This document shows positions 1 to 33,511 of a stretch of DNA of 64,000 nucleotides, piece by piece; position 1 is the stretch's first letter; the number at the start of each line of letters is the position of its first letter. Origin of the DNA: Chrysomallon squamiferum (Eukaryota > Animalia > Mollusca); contig CM022677.1 in the NCBI GenBank assembly GCA_012295275.1, positions 20,026,001 through 20,090,000 on the forward strand, given 5' to 3'. A program made the translations under genes and the position numbers. A model generated the notes under the pieces. That model was not told where the DNA came from and did not search any database. It was given only the letters and a program-made list of their open reading frames with translations.

Positions 1-14
1 ATATTAAATTAAAT

Positions 15-53
<39 letters not shown>

Positions 54-166
54 AGAATAATAATAATAGTAAAAAATCATAAAGAACAATGACAATTTAA
101 AATATTAAGTTTCAAGCTAATTTTACCCTTTTGTGGATGGCAAATATTCGTCATAAAACAATATCG

Positions 167-420
167 TGGCTTTAATTATATACAGTATATTTTAAACAAT
201 GTAATGGCTTTAACTGTAAACAGTATATTTTAAACAATGTAATGGCTTTAACTGTAAACAGTATATTTTAAACAATGTAATGGCTTTAACTGTAAACAAT
301 ATATTTTAAACAATGTAATGGCTTCAACTGTAAACAGTATATTTTAAACAATGTAATGGCTTTAACTGTAAACAGTATATTTTAAACAATGTAATGGCTT
401 TATCTGTATATATTATATTT
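167..420. repeat. 38-bp minisatellite, ~6.5 copies
   Basis: Unit GGCTTTAACTGTAAACAGTATATTTTAAACAATGTAAT repeated head-to-tail, directly next to the lectin exon-4 donor. Confidence 0.9.
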
Positions 421-430
421 AAAACAATAC

Positions 431-956
431 CAGGAATCCAGTTTGTATAGGTGGCGTTTTGGTTGAAAAGCCATCCACTTGAATTGACCTTCGACCTCCA
501 TATCACTGAGATCAATCCAGAACTGTTCAAAGAGACCTGCAGTAATAATAATAATAATAATAATAATAATATAAAATCTAAAATTTGCTGAGGGAAAACA
601 AGAACATATATAATATATTCAGAATAAACTGCCAAGGCTCAATCTTTCATTGCAATACAGACTGCTGTATCAAATACCTTTTATGACGTAAGTTTTTGTG
701 AGGGGGGGGCAGGTGCGGGTATGGATGTTTTCGGAATGTTAGAAAATGGCGAATTTTCATAAATTTACTTCATAACAGGTTTGGTTTATAAATTATCAGG
801 CTTAAATGGAAGTGAAAGAAAAGGTGAGTAATGTATATTACAAATTAGTTATTGTTTAATAATGTATGTTCTAAATTGGGCTGCCGATAATGAAAAAGAT
901 GTTAATATCAGAACTGTAAGTAGAGTTTTAACATGTTTTATTATATTTGTTTTCTT

Positions 957-1011
<55 letters not shown>

Positions 1012-2469
1012 CGTGTCCTATGTTAATTTTAAAATGGCTACGTATCTGTGGCTGATATATAATTAATTAGTTAGCTTTGTCTCTGACGTCGTAAAAACAC
1101 GAAATAGAGAAGACAAGAGTTCGCGTTTGTTTATCAGAAAACGAAAATTAATTATCAAACTTCCTGTTTCTTTATGTCGATGTTCTCGAATGTCCGAATT
1201 ACGTCACCGTTGTCTGTGTTAGTGACTATCCCATAATGCATCTGCACGAGTCTAAACGAAACTGCTTACGTAGATCCGCACTTACGTAGGATTAACATGT
1301 GTATTTATTTACGTAGGATTAACATGTGTATTTATTTACGTAGGATTAACGTGTGTATTTATTTACGTAGGATTAACATGTGTATTTATTTACGTAGGAT
1401 TAACGTGTGTATTTATTTACGTAGGATTAACATGTGTATTTATTTATTTATTTGGTTAGTTAGTTAGTTAGTTAGTTTTTTTAATTAAACAGTCATTATG
1501 TCATTGTGAAATACTACAACAGCATAATTACGAAGCGATTTAAACTTCATGGGACAACAGGTTTTTGACGACATTCGTGTGTTTTGACTTACGTTAGTTT
1601 TTGCCGAACGATCAGTTTAAACTTTTAAAAGATTAAACAGTTAATATCTTTGTGGCACAAGACCACACTGTACGCTTCGACATACGTCATACGTATGCTT
1701 TGACTTACGTAAAGTGTCTCAAATGAAATTAAAAAAAATAAAAAAAAATGGAGTTTTTCTTACCTCTTTTACCTTTTTCCACATAAACGTATTTTTCAAT
1801 AATGGCGGCGATTTCGTCCTGTTCTTCCGGTGATTCGATGTCAACCAGCTGCGCCCGCATTGCAGCACAGTACATCTACAATCACATTTAACTGTAAAGC
1901 TTAACGTCAGTTTGTAACTGTAATGTGTAACTGTAACGTGTAACTTCAAAGTGTAACTGTAACGTGTAACTGTAATGTGTTACTGTAACATGTAACAGCA
2001 AAGTGTAACCGCAAAGTGCAATTGTAAAGTGTAACTGTAAAGTATAATGTGTTACTATATGCGTTTAACTGCAAAGTGTAACTGTAAACTCTAACTGTAA
2101 TGTGTTGCTGTAACATGTAACGGCAAAGTGTGATGTGTTACTGTAACGTGTAACTAAAAATGTAAATGTGATGTGCATCTGTACAGTGTAACTGTAAAGT
2201 GTAACTATGAAATAAAACTGCAAACTGTAATTTAAACTGTAACTGTGCAGCGTTACTATCATGTTTAACTGTAAAATGTGACTGTAATCTTAATTATCTT
2301 CATGCTTTAATGATGATTATGGTGATACTGTATTACGATGGTATTGATGATGATGATGATGGTGATGGTGTTAACTTACATGTGCCGTAACCCAGTCGGT
2401 TCTGTAGTCAATGACTTTGTAGCACGAAGTGCTGCCTGTTTCCCACCCTTTGAGGCAGGCGGGTTCTGA

Positions 2470-2502
<33 letters not shown>

Positions 2503-2718
2503 ACGTTTTATTTTTATTTTTTTTTTTTTTTTTTTTTTTTATTTTTTTTTTTTAATTTTTACTTTGTAGTTTTTTTTTTTTTTTTTTTTTTTTTTTAGTT
2601 TTGCATAATTAATAGCAAAGTAAAACGACAAGAGAATAATAAATAAATAAATAAATAAATAAATGAACATACCAGAGGCAGCGAACCCGACAAGAGCCAA
2701 AAGCACGAGAGCAATCAT
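431..2718 (-). CDS. Secreted C-type lectin domain protein (perlucin-like), 5' four exons; final exon lies left of the window
   Basis: Exons 2718-2673 (MIALVLLALVGFAAS, signal peptide), 2465-2380 (EPACLKGWETGSTSCYKVIDYRTDWVTAH), 1875-1764 (MYCAAMRAQLVDIESPEEQDEIAAIIEKYVYVEKGKR; alternative in-phase donor at 1773) and 536-431 (GLFEQFWIDLSDMEVEGQFKWMAF/NQNATYTNWIPG). All have GT-AG borders and compatible phases. CTLD motifs C..GW....SCY, C....A.LV.IES.EE and FWI.LSD...EG.F.W...Y.NW.PG are present. Exon 4 has one extra base in the A4 run at 466-469. Confidence 0.88.
1282..1445. repeat. 27-bp minisatellite, 6 copies
   Basis: Unit TTACGTAGGATTAAC(A/G)TGTGTATTTAT in a lectin intron. Confidence 0.9.
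1885..2290. repeat. Degenerate ~13-14-bp tandem repeat
   Basis: TGTAACTGTAAAG(TG)-like units filling much of lectin intron 2, up to the exon-3 acceptor. Confidence 0.8.
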
Positions 2719-2786
2719 TGTTAGAAATCGAGACTCGAAGATCCGTTGTCTCCCTTGTTTGCTGCAGTTCTCCCAAAGAAGATTCG

Positions 2787-2794
2787 TTTATATA
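2787..2794 (-). promoter_or_regulatory. TATA box of the C-type lectin gene
   Basis: TATATAAA on the - strand ~70 bp upstream of the ATG at 2718. Confidence 0.55.
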
Positions 2795-3024
2795 CTGTTC
2801 GGGTTCTAATCTAAATACTGTTAGTATTGACACTAAGTGAAAAGTTATGTAATTTGTCAACGTGCCAAACGATGACTTCTGTTTTGTTATTAATAAAACT
2901 GTGACACTCGTATGCATAAATCTGTTTACACAACTTTTGGCACAGAATATCATTTTAGAGGTTAATGAATTATTCAAGATGATGGTTGAAATTCATAAAT
3001 ATTATACCTGTCCACGCGTGGACG

Positions 3025-3090
3025 TGGTAAATGATTAAAATACTCATCTTTACGCCTTAGTAGGAACTGAGTTCGAATCCGCTTACTAGA
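3025..3090 (+). mobile_element. Possible tRNA-derived SINE head relic
   Basis: B-box-like GAGTTCGAATCC at ~3069-3080, preceded by a weak A-box-like TGGTAAATGA. No intact cloverleaf. Confidence 0.25.
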
Positions 3091-3207
3091 TAAAATAATG
3101 AAAAGAAAAAACAGAACAATTTGGACTTCTCATTTAGTAAAATCGTATATCTGAACTCAGTCTGAAGCGAAAAGTGGTTTGTTGTTTTCGTTTATAATTT
3201 AAAAAAT

Positions 3208-3281
<74 letters not shown>

Positions 3282-3407
3282 TGCTCTCTCCTTGTCCCTC
3301 TTTTTATATATCACTGGCTGTAATACACATTTTCTTTCTCTCTCTGCACCTGCCTGTCTGTCTGTCTATCACTCTACCTGGGTATTTCTCTAACCGTCCC
3401 TTTTTCT

Positions 3408-3450
<43 letters not shown>

Positions 3451-3559
3451 ACTGTATCTTTCGTTTCTAACCGTTTAATCTGTATATCGTTTTACAAAAT
3501 TCACATCTGGTGTGTTCCCAGAACATTGCCTTTGAATAAAATATAATAATAATAATAAA

Positions 3560-3616
<57 letters not shown>

Positions 3617-3732
3617 CAAACAAACAAACAAACAAACAAATAAATAAATAAATAATAACACGAAGGGTTATTGCTGTGTCGACGACAAAAAATGGACAGT
3701 GATAAAAAGTATAATGTAAAACTGACATGGCT

Positions 3733-3768
<36 letters not shown>

Positions 3769-3776
3769 CTATTTTT

Positions 3777-3807
<31 letters not shown>

Positions 3808-4220
3808 CTATTTTCATTTTATTATTATTTATATATAATTTATTTTTATAGAATTATTTTTTTATTATTATTTTTTACCTTTTTTTTAACTGCATATTTA
3901 TTTATTTTATTTAATTTAATTTTTGTTTTATTATTATTTTTTATATATATATACGGTGCAGTATGTAATTCATTACACATCTGTTACAGTCTGTAAACGG
4001 ACTGCGGAATATTTTTTTTAGGTTATCTGGTGCAAATACTGTGTTTCTGAATTTACCTAAACATCTCTTTGTGTGTCATTTCGTTATTCGCTAAATATTC
4101 ATAGTACGCACTGATAACGTATTCTGAGCACTCTCGGCAGAAACACACACACACACACACACACGCACACGAATGTACACCTCTCCGTACTGTGTTTCTC
4201 AGTTCGTGTATTTTTATATC

Positions 4221-4265
<45 letters not shown>

Positions 4266-4317
4266 TTATTTTTTATTACTGCACTATATATTTTTCTGAA
4301 ACTGTAAAAACATTTAA

Positions 4318-4417
<100 letters not shown>

Positions 4418-5822
4418 TCTTGTGTGTTGTGTGTGGTCCCAAATGGAATATTATATATATATAAATGTATATATTCTGTACACCTTTTTCATATATGAAA
4501 GACATTTATGGTTAACAGAAGAAATAAAGAAAAAATAAAGAAAAAAAAAAAAAGAAAATTGGGGGGAAAAAGAAATAAAAAAAAGAAGAAGAAAAAAAAC
4601 TCAGTTTTATTATTATTGTTGTAGTTGTTGATGTTGCTGATTTTGTTATTGTTATTGTTTTTGTTGTTTTTGTTATTGTTATTGTTGTTACATTATTATT
4701 ATTATTATGGTTGTTGTTTTGTTTTGTTCTGGTTTTATTATTATTGTTGTTATTTCAGTTTTATTTCATTGATTTTTGCTGTTGTTATCATTATTGTTTT
4801 TCACTGTTTTCACAGTTTTGTTTATTTTTTTTATATTTAGTTGCTATAATATTTTCTATTGTTTATTTAACTACTCGTTTACTTACTTAGTTATTTTATT
4901 ACTCATGTTCTATTTTTAAACTTCTTTTTACTGTTTACATGATATTGTTAGTTAATCCAGCTTCTATCTATCAAAGGTGACAGATTAATAATTAAACATT
5001 ACATACAGACGACAGTTGTCGTTTGCAACATCCACAACGACTACGTCTTCCATTACTGACTGAGATGGCAACGCATCACTGTATGTCGTGATGGTTAAAC
5101 GAGTTTTAAAATTTTCGTACACAGTTCAAGGAAATCTAACTGTGGGTTGAGACGACAAAGCCATTTTTAGCCCACGTGTCTATTCTATTTAGATGTGATA
5201 ATTAATTAAGTTTTTGTCATTATGTAGCTCAGTAGGTACTAATAATAACAAGAAGGGATCAACAACAGAAGGAAGTAAATCAGTATCAAAAATTAATGTT
5301 AATTTTACTTTGTCTGGCGTTGGTTGTTTTAATTATTATTTTATTGATTGGTAACAATTGCATTTATAATGAAAAAGAAATGTAAAGAAAGAAAACGAAA
5401 AGGAAAAAAGAACGTAGAATGATGGAAAGAAAGAAAGAATGAATGAATGAATAAGAAAGGAAATAGCAAGAAATATGAAGAAGAAGAAGAAATAATACGT
5501 AGGAAGAAAGAAAGAATAGAAACCAAACGAAAAAGTCGAAAATGTTCAGCGAAAGCTGTAATAATATCAAGCAAACACAAACTAGAATTTACGACGCAAC
5601 TTTGCAGTTTTATTTATTCAGCTCTCAAGATGACATCGTTAATCGAATTTTTCTCATAAACACAAAATTCACATTTGGTGTGTCCACAGCATACTGCCTT
5701 TGATTAAAAACAGTTCAAAGTCTGATCTGTTTCCCCCCCTCCCTTCCCTTCTTTTTCTTTTTTCCTCTATCTCGAAATGACGTCATTGTTTGCTGCGCGT
5801 TACCAGTTCTTCCCGCGCATGC

Positions 5823-13835
<8,013 letters not shown>

Positions 13836-14624
13836 CGTTTGTTTGAGGCCGTTGACGGGTATTAAGCACTCCGATCTAAACACGTCTTCGGCTGTTTGCT
13901 GCTTTTTACAGTGATTTATAAAAGTGTAACAAAACCGGTGTTGTTCCGAAAATCCACACTCTGTTTTTCTTCGTATTATTCCGCCTAAAGGGAGGTAATA
14001 CCTTTCGACACACCCTTTTTCTTACGCCATTTATTTCATTGGCCTTATTTTCGCTCCACCATCTTTCAAACTATTGGCTTGACTTCTGTTACGGTAATCA
14101 CTTCATTAGCATAATCCCGCCCACTGCGATGTCAAAGTACAGCCGTGCCCCATTCGATGTCAATTATTTTTTTTGACAACGATGACAAAATTATGCCACG
14201 CCCTATTTAAGTGTATATGATTTCAGATTGCCGCTTGGAGGTTACGAGGTTGTGCGAAATGCTAATTACTTTTTTGGATCTGTAACCAAAATCCATCAAG
14301 TATTCCTGTAAATATGCTTATACAACATAATACGATATGAACACAGATGATATAACAATAATACCTGAAAAGCCAAGCTGAAGTTTCATGCTTTACATAT
14401 CATGTCTGAAGACATTCCGAAAGTAATGAAATTTCATATTTACGTCTCTTGTGATATAAATAATTAACTTCCGCTATTCCGCTATCTTTATCAGTTAACA
14501 GCAAGAAATATGTCTTATTTCCACCTTCCCGTACACAGGAGAATACATAAGACGGGTGGTGATGTGGACAGGGACTGGGAAGACTGAATGCTCTGTCTGT
14601 TGTCTTCATCGCCTATTCTGTATA

Positions 14625-14726
<102 letters not shown>

Positions 14727-15899
14727 AGCCATAGCTAGAAGAACCGAGTCTTGTATTAACATTTTTAGAGAGATTGTTGATTGTTGGTAATGATGATGAT
14801 GATGAGAATAGTAATAATCATCATTATGATGATGAATCACTAATAATGATAATAATAAGATGATGTCAATAGTTATTAAAAAAAACCAATAACGAGAACA
14901 CCAGCAACACAAACAACAATGATAAAATCCATATAAAATAAATATTTAAAAAAGAAAAAAAAAGAAACACAAAAAAAAAAAAAAAAAAAAAACAACAACA
15001 AATGAGCCTGCCTGTCGGATATCTAATAACCGTTAACATTTAAAATTACATTAACAACACATTTAAACAAAATGTCCTCTCTTTGCCGCTCACAATGATA
15101 AGCCCGACATTAACGTTGTCGCATGTTTTGTCGCTTAGCTGTTTGTGCGGTTTGACGACAAAAGTAATCACGCGTTGTTGATTCACCCGTTTCCGGGTTT
15201 TGTCTACCTTACGTCAGATATCTGTAATATTAGCCGTTTCCAGCCCCATATCACGATCAGAACAGAAAACGCTAAATTACTGCTTATTGTCCCGTTCATA
15301 ATGTATTTTAGGAACGGTCACTTAGGCCAAAGCACGTTCATGTTAACTTAACGTTATATTAACACCAGTGTCAGAAGTTTAATGACGTCACTAATATTGG
15401 TAGATGTGATAAAGGAGATATAATAGTTATACTTGTTAATTAAAGAGATATGGTGAAATAAAATAAATAAATAAATAAATAAATAAATAGATAAATAAAT
15501 AAACAAACAAACAAAAATAACAAATAAACAAAAAATAAACAAACAAACAAAGAAATAAATAAAATTAATTAATTAAACAAATAAACATCAACCAAATAAC
15601 TAACTAACTAAATAAATAAATAAATATACAGATAAAATAATCTAAGAAAGAAAGAGAAAATATAAAGAAACAAAAAAATTAAAAGAAAAAAAAGATAGAA
15701 AAAGTAGACCAAGAAAGAATTCTTTTTCTCCTACCATTTAACGATCTTCTGAAAGGACGTGTCGAAACAAATATTTGCACACTATTGTTATTTATTAATC
15801 TACGTCTCCTACTTTCAAGACTCCTTTGGACAATACTGGTTCCTTACTGACAGTCTGCGGTTTATTTTGTTACAAGTTACGTCAGATGTAGGAGCTACT

Positions 15900-16177
15900 T
15901 TAGAACAAATGGCTTCTTCTGTGTAAACATCTAAATGCGGCTGGGTTCGGCCAAGTGTGAATGTAATTATCTTTAGGTGACTTGTTCAATGAAGGGTGAA
16001 TGTGTGTATTTTGGGGTGAACAAAAATAGAACGTCACCATAAACCTTAAGAAATTTAGTCTTCGATGAATGAAAATGTCGGACCTGAACAAGAACCTGAT
16101 GGCTGATGAATCAAGCAACTCGGGTAGTCGCCCCAAGGTGTCACGTGCTAGGTGGCGCCACCTCGTGTATTTGAGAT
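15900..16177 (-). CDS. Candidate second exon for the 17483 signal exon (92 aa open phase-1 frame)
   Basis: Pyrimidine tract + AAG acceptor at 16179/16178. The only open frame is phase 1 (DLKYTRWRHLARDTLGRLPELLDSSAIRFLFRSDIFIHRRLNFLRF...HRRSHLF*). No recognisable homology, and it overlaps regulatory-looking motifs. Confidence 0.3.
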
Positions 16178-16400
16178 CTTCGAAACATAAAGGGGAAAAA
16201 ATGTTAATAAATATGAACTAATTTTGAATAAAATAAAATAAAATAAAACAAAACAAAATAAATAAAATGTGAAAATTCCTTGAGTGACGTCAAACCGACG
16301 AGGATCTGATTATAAATTCGTAATGCTATGGATGGGATCACGGAAATTTCCATGACAACCAGCTTGGGACGTCAATGTTAGAATGCCCGGGGCGTGGTCT
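16140..16400. promoter_or_regulatory. Dense transcription-factor site cluster (E-box, palindromic CTCF-like, CRE, NF-kB-like)
   Basis: GTCACGTG at 16140-16147, palindrome AGGTGGCGCCACCT at 16150-16163, TGACGTCA at 16285-16292, GGAAATTTCC at 16342-16351, GGGGCGTGG at ~16389-16397. Confidence 0.45.
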
Positions 16401-16659
16401 ACTCCCCTTCCTAATACGTCAGGTCTCCTAACAGTCTCCTTCAGAAATTACCAGGTTTAGTACAGTTTCCATTAGTTTCCTTCAGTTTCACACAGAATTT
16501 CCTTTGTTAAAACTGTGATTCTTAACCATTCAGTGCATGAGTCTGGCTCCTATTAAGATTTCTTGGTTTCCTTCTAACACGTTTGTCTCCTATTAAGACA
16601 CTTGGTCTTCTTCTGTCTATAATTTGGTCTCCTACATCTTACTAGTTATTTCCCTTTAC

Positions 16660-16704
<45 letters not shown>

Positions 16705-17410
16705 TATACACACACACACACATACACAAAGACAAACAAAAAGATACACAAACACAAACACAAAGATATATATGTGTCAGTTCGTTAAATAGATTAAATT
16801 AGTAAACGTTAATTGTACGTCATTCTGTCTCTAAGTATGTGTTTTATGTGTTTGTATGTGTGTGTGTGTGTGTGTGCATATTTTTATTGTGTACAGGCCT
16901 AATATTACTAGAATTGTATATAATAAAAAAAGAAGAGAGTAAGAGATGAAGAGAGAGACAGAGAGAGACAGACAGACAGAGAGATTGTTATTTAACCTAA
17001 AAATGCGACCGTTGTCTTTAATGTATTGTTATTATTAGTTACAATAATTTATGTTGCTATTCCTACGATGTAACCATAAATCTTAGAAAGATTAGAAACA
17101 GAGTGGAAGGAAGAAGTGAGGTAGAAAGAGGGGAAGGGACGTCTAGAGAAAGAGACAAAGGGAGAGAACGAAAGAGAGACAGAGAGCGAGGGAGAGCCAG
17201 AAAGAAAGATAATAAGAGAGACAGACAGGCAAATAAATAGTCAACCAGACAGACAAGGAGAGAGAGAGAGAAAAAAAAAAAAAGAGAGAGAGAGAGAGAA
17301 AGAGAGATACCATACTTGTGATGTAGAAACATTTACATACAAATTTTAAGAATTAAAGAAAAAAGAAAAGAAAACAAAAAAAATTAAACATATTTAGATA
17401 AACAACCTAC

Positions 17411-17483
17411 CTGAACAATCGACTGCAACTGTTTTCAGGCCTGCCATGAGCAGAAGTAAAACAGTCCCAGCGTACAAATTCAT
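17411..17483 (-). CDS. Paralogous signal-peptide exon (first exon of a tandem paralog, or alternative first exon)
   Basis: MNLYAGTVLLLLMAGLKTVAVDCS + G|GTAGGT. Same 73-nt length and phase as 13835-13763, with shared 5' flank (AACGGCCTCAAAC...ACGATGAA) and shared GCAGTCGA near the donor. Confidence 0.72.
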
Positions 17484-18468
17484 CGTCAGTTTGAGGCCGT
17501 TCACGGTTTTCAACCAGCCCGCTCCTTGACACGCCGAGGTCCTTTTACTTGACAATAAATACAGAGGCCGGTTTTCAGTGAAGGTTCCCTTTTATTGCAG
17601 TTTGCGGCTCTTTGCGGAAAGTGCGTGTGCTCGCTACGTAATTAATATCTGTTTGGTTGTTTTTTTGTTATCGTTTACAATGGGGGCTGGACAAACAGGT
17701 CGGTGAGTGGTCGAAGCAATGTGCAGTGATTCATAATCAGTAAGACGTCAGTGGTGCTGCAGAACGATTCTACACAACACACTTTATTCGTATAATTCCT
17801 TTTGTCGCGCCTTTTTTTTCTCTTATGGCATGCGTTTCAGTTGTTACAATATCTACGTATGCATGTGTCTATCTGCCTGTGTATTTATCTGTCTTTATAT
17901 CTAGCTGACTTCAGTCATATATATATATATATATATGTATGTCATGTATATATATATATATATATTATGCTGTATCATCCATCCATTCATATATCTTTCT
18001 TTCCATTCATTTATCCATCTATTTTTCTATTTAATCCATCGACCCAGCTTTGTGCGTGTGTGTGTGTGTGTGTGTGTTTGTTTATATATATATATATATA
18101 TAAAACCATGTATATAAACTGTGTTCATTTCTATTTTACTTATCTTTGTTTCATCACCATGTTCCTGGAACAGGAAATAACGAACACCTGAGTTATGTTT
18201 ATAAAAATTCACAAATGAAAATTATATTCTTTTGAAATTTTTTTCTCTGAAAATAAGATATTAATTAGTTTATACACTGCACACAAACAAATACAACCAT
18301 TAAATGTATAGTAAGTGTATAATATAATATAATACCGTAATTAATACTACAAGGTACAGTGTAATCTACTTTATAACTACGTTATCCGTTATAATTAGTA
18401 TTAATTAGTGTTTTCATATGACAATGATAACAACAATCACAACAACAACAACAACAGTAACAGTAGTA

Positions 18469-18522
<54 letters not shown>

Positions 18523-18589
18523 GCAACAACAGCAACAACAATTCTAATAATAATAATAAAAATATATAATCATCATCATATATATATAT

Positions 18590-18663
<74 letters not shown>

Positions 18664-18812
18664 TTCTGAAATTTTCAGGACAAAATCTAAAACGTCTGCA
18701 TTTACTATGACGTCACTGGCTGAATAATAATGGCGTAATCAGGTACTACTATCTGAACGTTAAACCTTTTTTTCAGCTTCTATAGAATAGCAAGACAACC
18801 CCACACAAACCC

Positions 18813-18845
<33 letters not shown>

Positions 18846-19401
18846 TAAATCCATTAGTTTAATTTCTATCGAGGAAAATACATAGACTAGTAAAGGAAAT
18901 ATTACGAATATATCTTGCTAGCTACAAACATTGCCTATTATGGAAGCAGCATTGGCAATTTTGAATTTTTTTTGTTTGTATTTTTGTTGTATTTTAGATT
19001 TTTTTTTTTTTTTTTTTTTTTTTTTGCTTTATATTATTATTATTATTATTGATGTTGCTGTTGTTGTTGTTTTAACACACAGAAGATTTTCTGTCTTTTA
19101 TACGCAGTCAGTATTATGACGTCAGCTGCATAGTTTGTGGGAACGAGCGTTACAAAATGATGTATTTACTGTTGTAATCAGAGACGAAATAAAACAACAC
19201 CAAGCCGAGCGCAGTACCATTGAAAGACGAAACAGAGACAAGTAGAATGATGACGATGACGACGACGTCGATGATGCAATACTACATCTTCTCTCTGTTA
19301 GTCTGGCTGTCTGCTCGTGTGTTCGTCTGCATCTTATCTCTCTGCTTTTTGTATTTGTGTTTTATCTTTCTCTCTCTCTTTCTTTTTGTTCTCCGTTGCA
19401 T

Positions 19402-19496
<95 letters not shown>

Positions 19497-19842
19497 ACAA
19501 AAGAATATTTTTAATTATTATTTAATCATGGTATCTACGCATTTGTGTGGGTATATTTAATTTTGCAGTAATTTACTGATCCTCATTTCGTGTCATTTAT
19601 CAGTCGATGTGAAACCGAACACGACTGGTATTTCGAAGATGTAATCTTAGTTTCAACTGTATCTGCGTAGGCGGTACGTATAAAACAAATTCAGTGTAAT
19701 ATAAAACGCATTCTGCTTTCTTTTCTTCTTGAAAAATAAAATAAAATAACGTAAAGAAAAAAGTATTTGAATACATCAGCATGACAAAGCAAAAAAAAAA
19801 AAAAAGAATACATTTTTTTATAAAAAATCGTCACCAGTTGTA

Positions 19843-19874
<32 letters not shown>

Positions 19875-21356
19875 AAAAATTTAAAAAAAATTTAAAAAAT
19901 TAGAAGTTAAGAAATAGATCAGTATCTGACGTCAGAGTTTCACGGAATTTCGTGGAAAGTGGGATGAAAGAAATTTAGTGACACAGATAGAGGGAAAAGG
20001 ACATATAAAGAGACAGACAGACAAAACAGAGACAGCGAGACAAAACAGAGACAACGAGACTTACAGAGAAAGAAACTTGTTGTTTCTTAAAGAAAGATGA
20101 ATTATGAGAGAAAAAGACTTTAATCTTGATGAATACAAAACATCAGTACCTGTATTATAAATACTATACTTTTCATACTGATACTGTTCATACTGATTTA
20201 ACATTTATACTTAAATATACGTATTCTAAATGTAAAATATACTATTCTTTTTATGTAATACCGCATTAACATAATTATATTTTTGTAAAAGGTGGTGTAT
20301 ATACGATATTATATATTATTATATAGTGAGTTTCATGCTACCCTGTCAGATGTCACTCATTTAAACTCAGACAGAACACACACATAATAACGTTAACACA
20401 TTATTATATAGTGAGTTTCATGCGACCACTAACTATCCGGCAAACTCAGGCAACTCACACGTAGAATTACCGGAATTAATTTTTGCATCTGTTAAATACA
20501 ACGAGTTTATTTATTTATTTATTCATTTTATTTAATTTATTTAATTTATTTATTATTATTTTTTTATTTTTATTATTTTTTATTTTTTTTTTTTTTTTTT
20601 TTTTTAATTAAAGACTGATGATCGGGAAATGGACCTAGCCTGGTTTTTTTTATTTTATTTCTTTTTGTTTTCAGTTTAATTTGTATTTTTAATATATATT
20701 AAACCAGAAAAACTCCAGTACAAAGATTGCGAGATAAACTGTCTGATACATCTATAAATGTAATAGGTAAACAATGCTATGCGACTGGTATTATCGATAA
20801 CTTAGTAGCAACGACAATACGTAATAGCAGTCTTAAAAAAATATATTTGGGATTTGAATTCTTTAGTGTATGATTAAAAATTAGGTTTGTTTACCGAATT
20901 TTCTGTCATATATGTGATTATAGCAGTTATTTCGTATCATTTTCTATTTATCCCCCACACTATTTACAGTTTTACTTACTATTTGTTCCTGAATATGTAA
21001 ATCTAAATATTCTTACGAATATGTAAAATTTAAGTATTCCGTTAATTTGATAATAACTAAAAATATGTTTTGATGTAAATTAACTATAGATATACCTTAA
21101 TTGTGAGTTTGAATGCAGGGCTGTTCTTTTTCGACAATAGAAGAACGATAACTCTTTGGTTGGTGCTCCCGGAAAAAAGGTGTGAAACTAAAATAAATTT
21201 CTTTATTTCCGGTTACAGCAGATCGGGTGTATATTTATATAATTTTTTTTATTATAGGTTTCTTTATAAGTGAACTCTGTATGGAAACCATTTATTCACT
21301 GACAAATATACAGATTACTATGTACGTAAACCATTTAATTTAACTCGTAAACTATA

Positions 21357-33100
<11,744 letters not shown>

Positions 33101-33430
33101 ATGAATGGGGGTGCTTTCAAATGGATTATTCTTACCCCCTTGTGAAGGTGAAGGTTGTTCAATCAAAAAAAAAGGGTAAAGTTCTTTGGAAAAAATGAGT
33201 TATAGTGATTGTGCTAGATAGAATTCAGACTTGCAAATTGAAATAAGGGTTTTAAAAATATGAAAATAACTGATGCTGGAAGTGGATATAGAAGTATGTA
33301 TAAATGTTGGTGTATGTATCTTTGTTTTTAGTAGAAAAATGGACAAAAGAGGTAAAAGACTATTTATAGATATTTTCAGAAGATATTTAAAAAAAGAAAA
33401 AGTGTTTGTAATGATAATAACCAATGTGAA

Positions 33431-33463
33431 AATAAAACATTAATTTTGTACAGGCTTCTTTTT

Positions 33464-33494
<31 letters not shown>

Positions 33495-33511
33495 GAACAA
33501 TATACAATAAA
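33431..33511 (+). terminator. Candidate LEO1 polyadenylation signals
   Basis: AATAAA at 33431 and 33506, downstream of the stop at 33100. Confidence 0.4.

Noticed and set aside
167-1445. 38-bp and 27-bp arrays as CRISPR-like repeats
   Set aside because: Head-to-tail units without unique spacers, located in eukaryotic introns, with no cas genes.
14400-14612. Candidate terminal exon after a (CT)n tract (GDEDNRQSIQSSQSLSTSPPVLCILLCTGRWK* or ORF MKTTDRAF...)
   Set aside because: Frame is ambiguous, there is no similarity to the paralogous peptide, and no way to choose without transcripts.
16069-16137. + strand mini-ORF MKMSDLNKNLMADESSNSGSRPK with a possible donor
   Set aside because: No downstream + strand exons were identified. 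It is antisense and in register with the - strand open frame, so likely a shadow.
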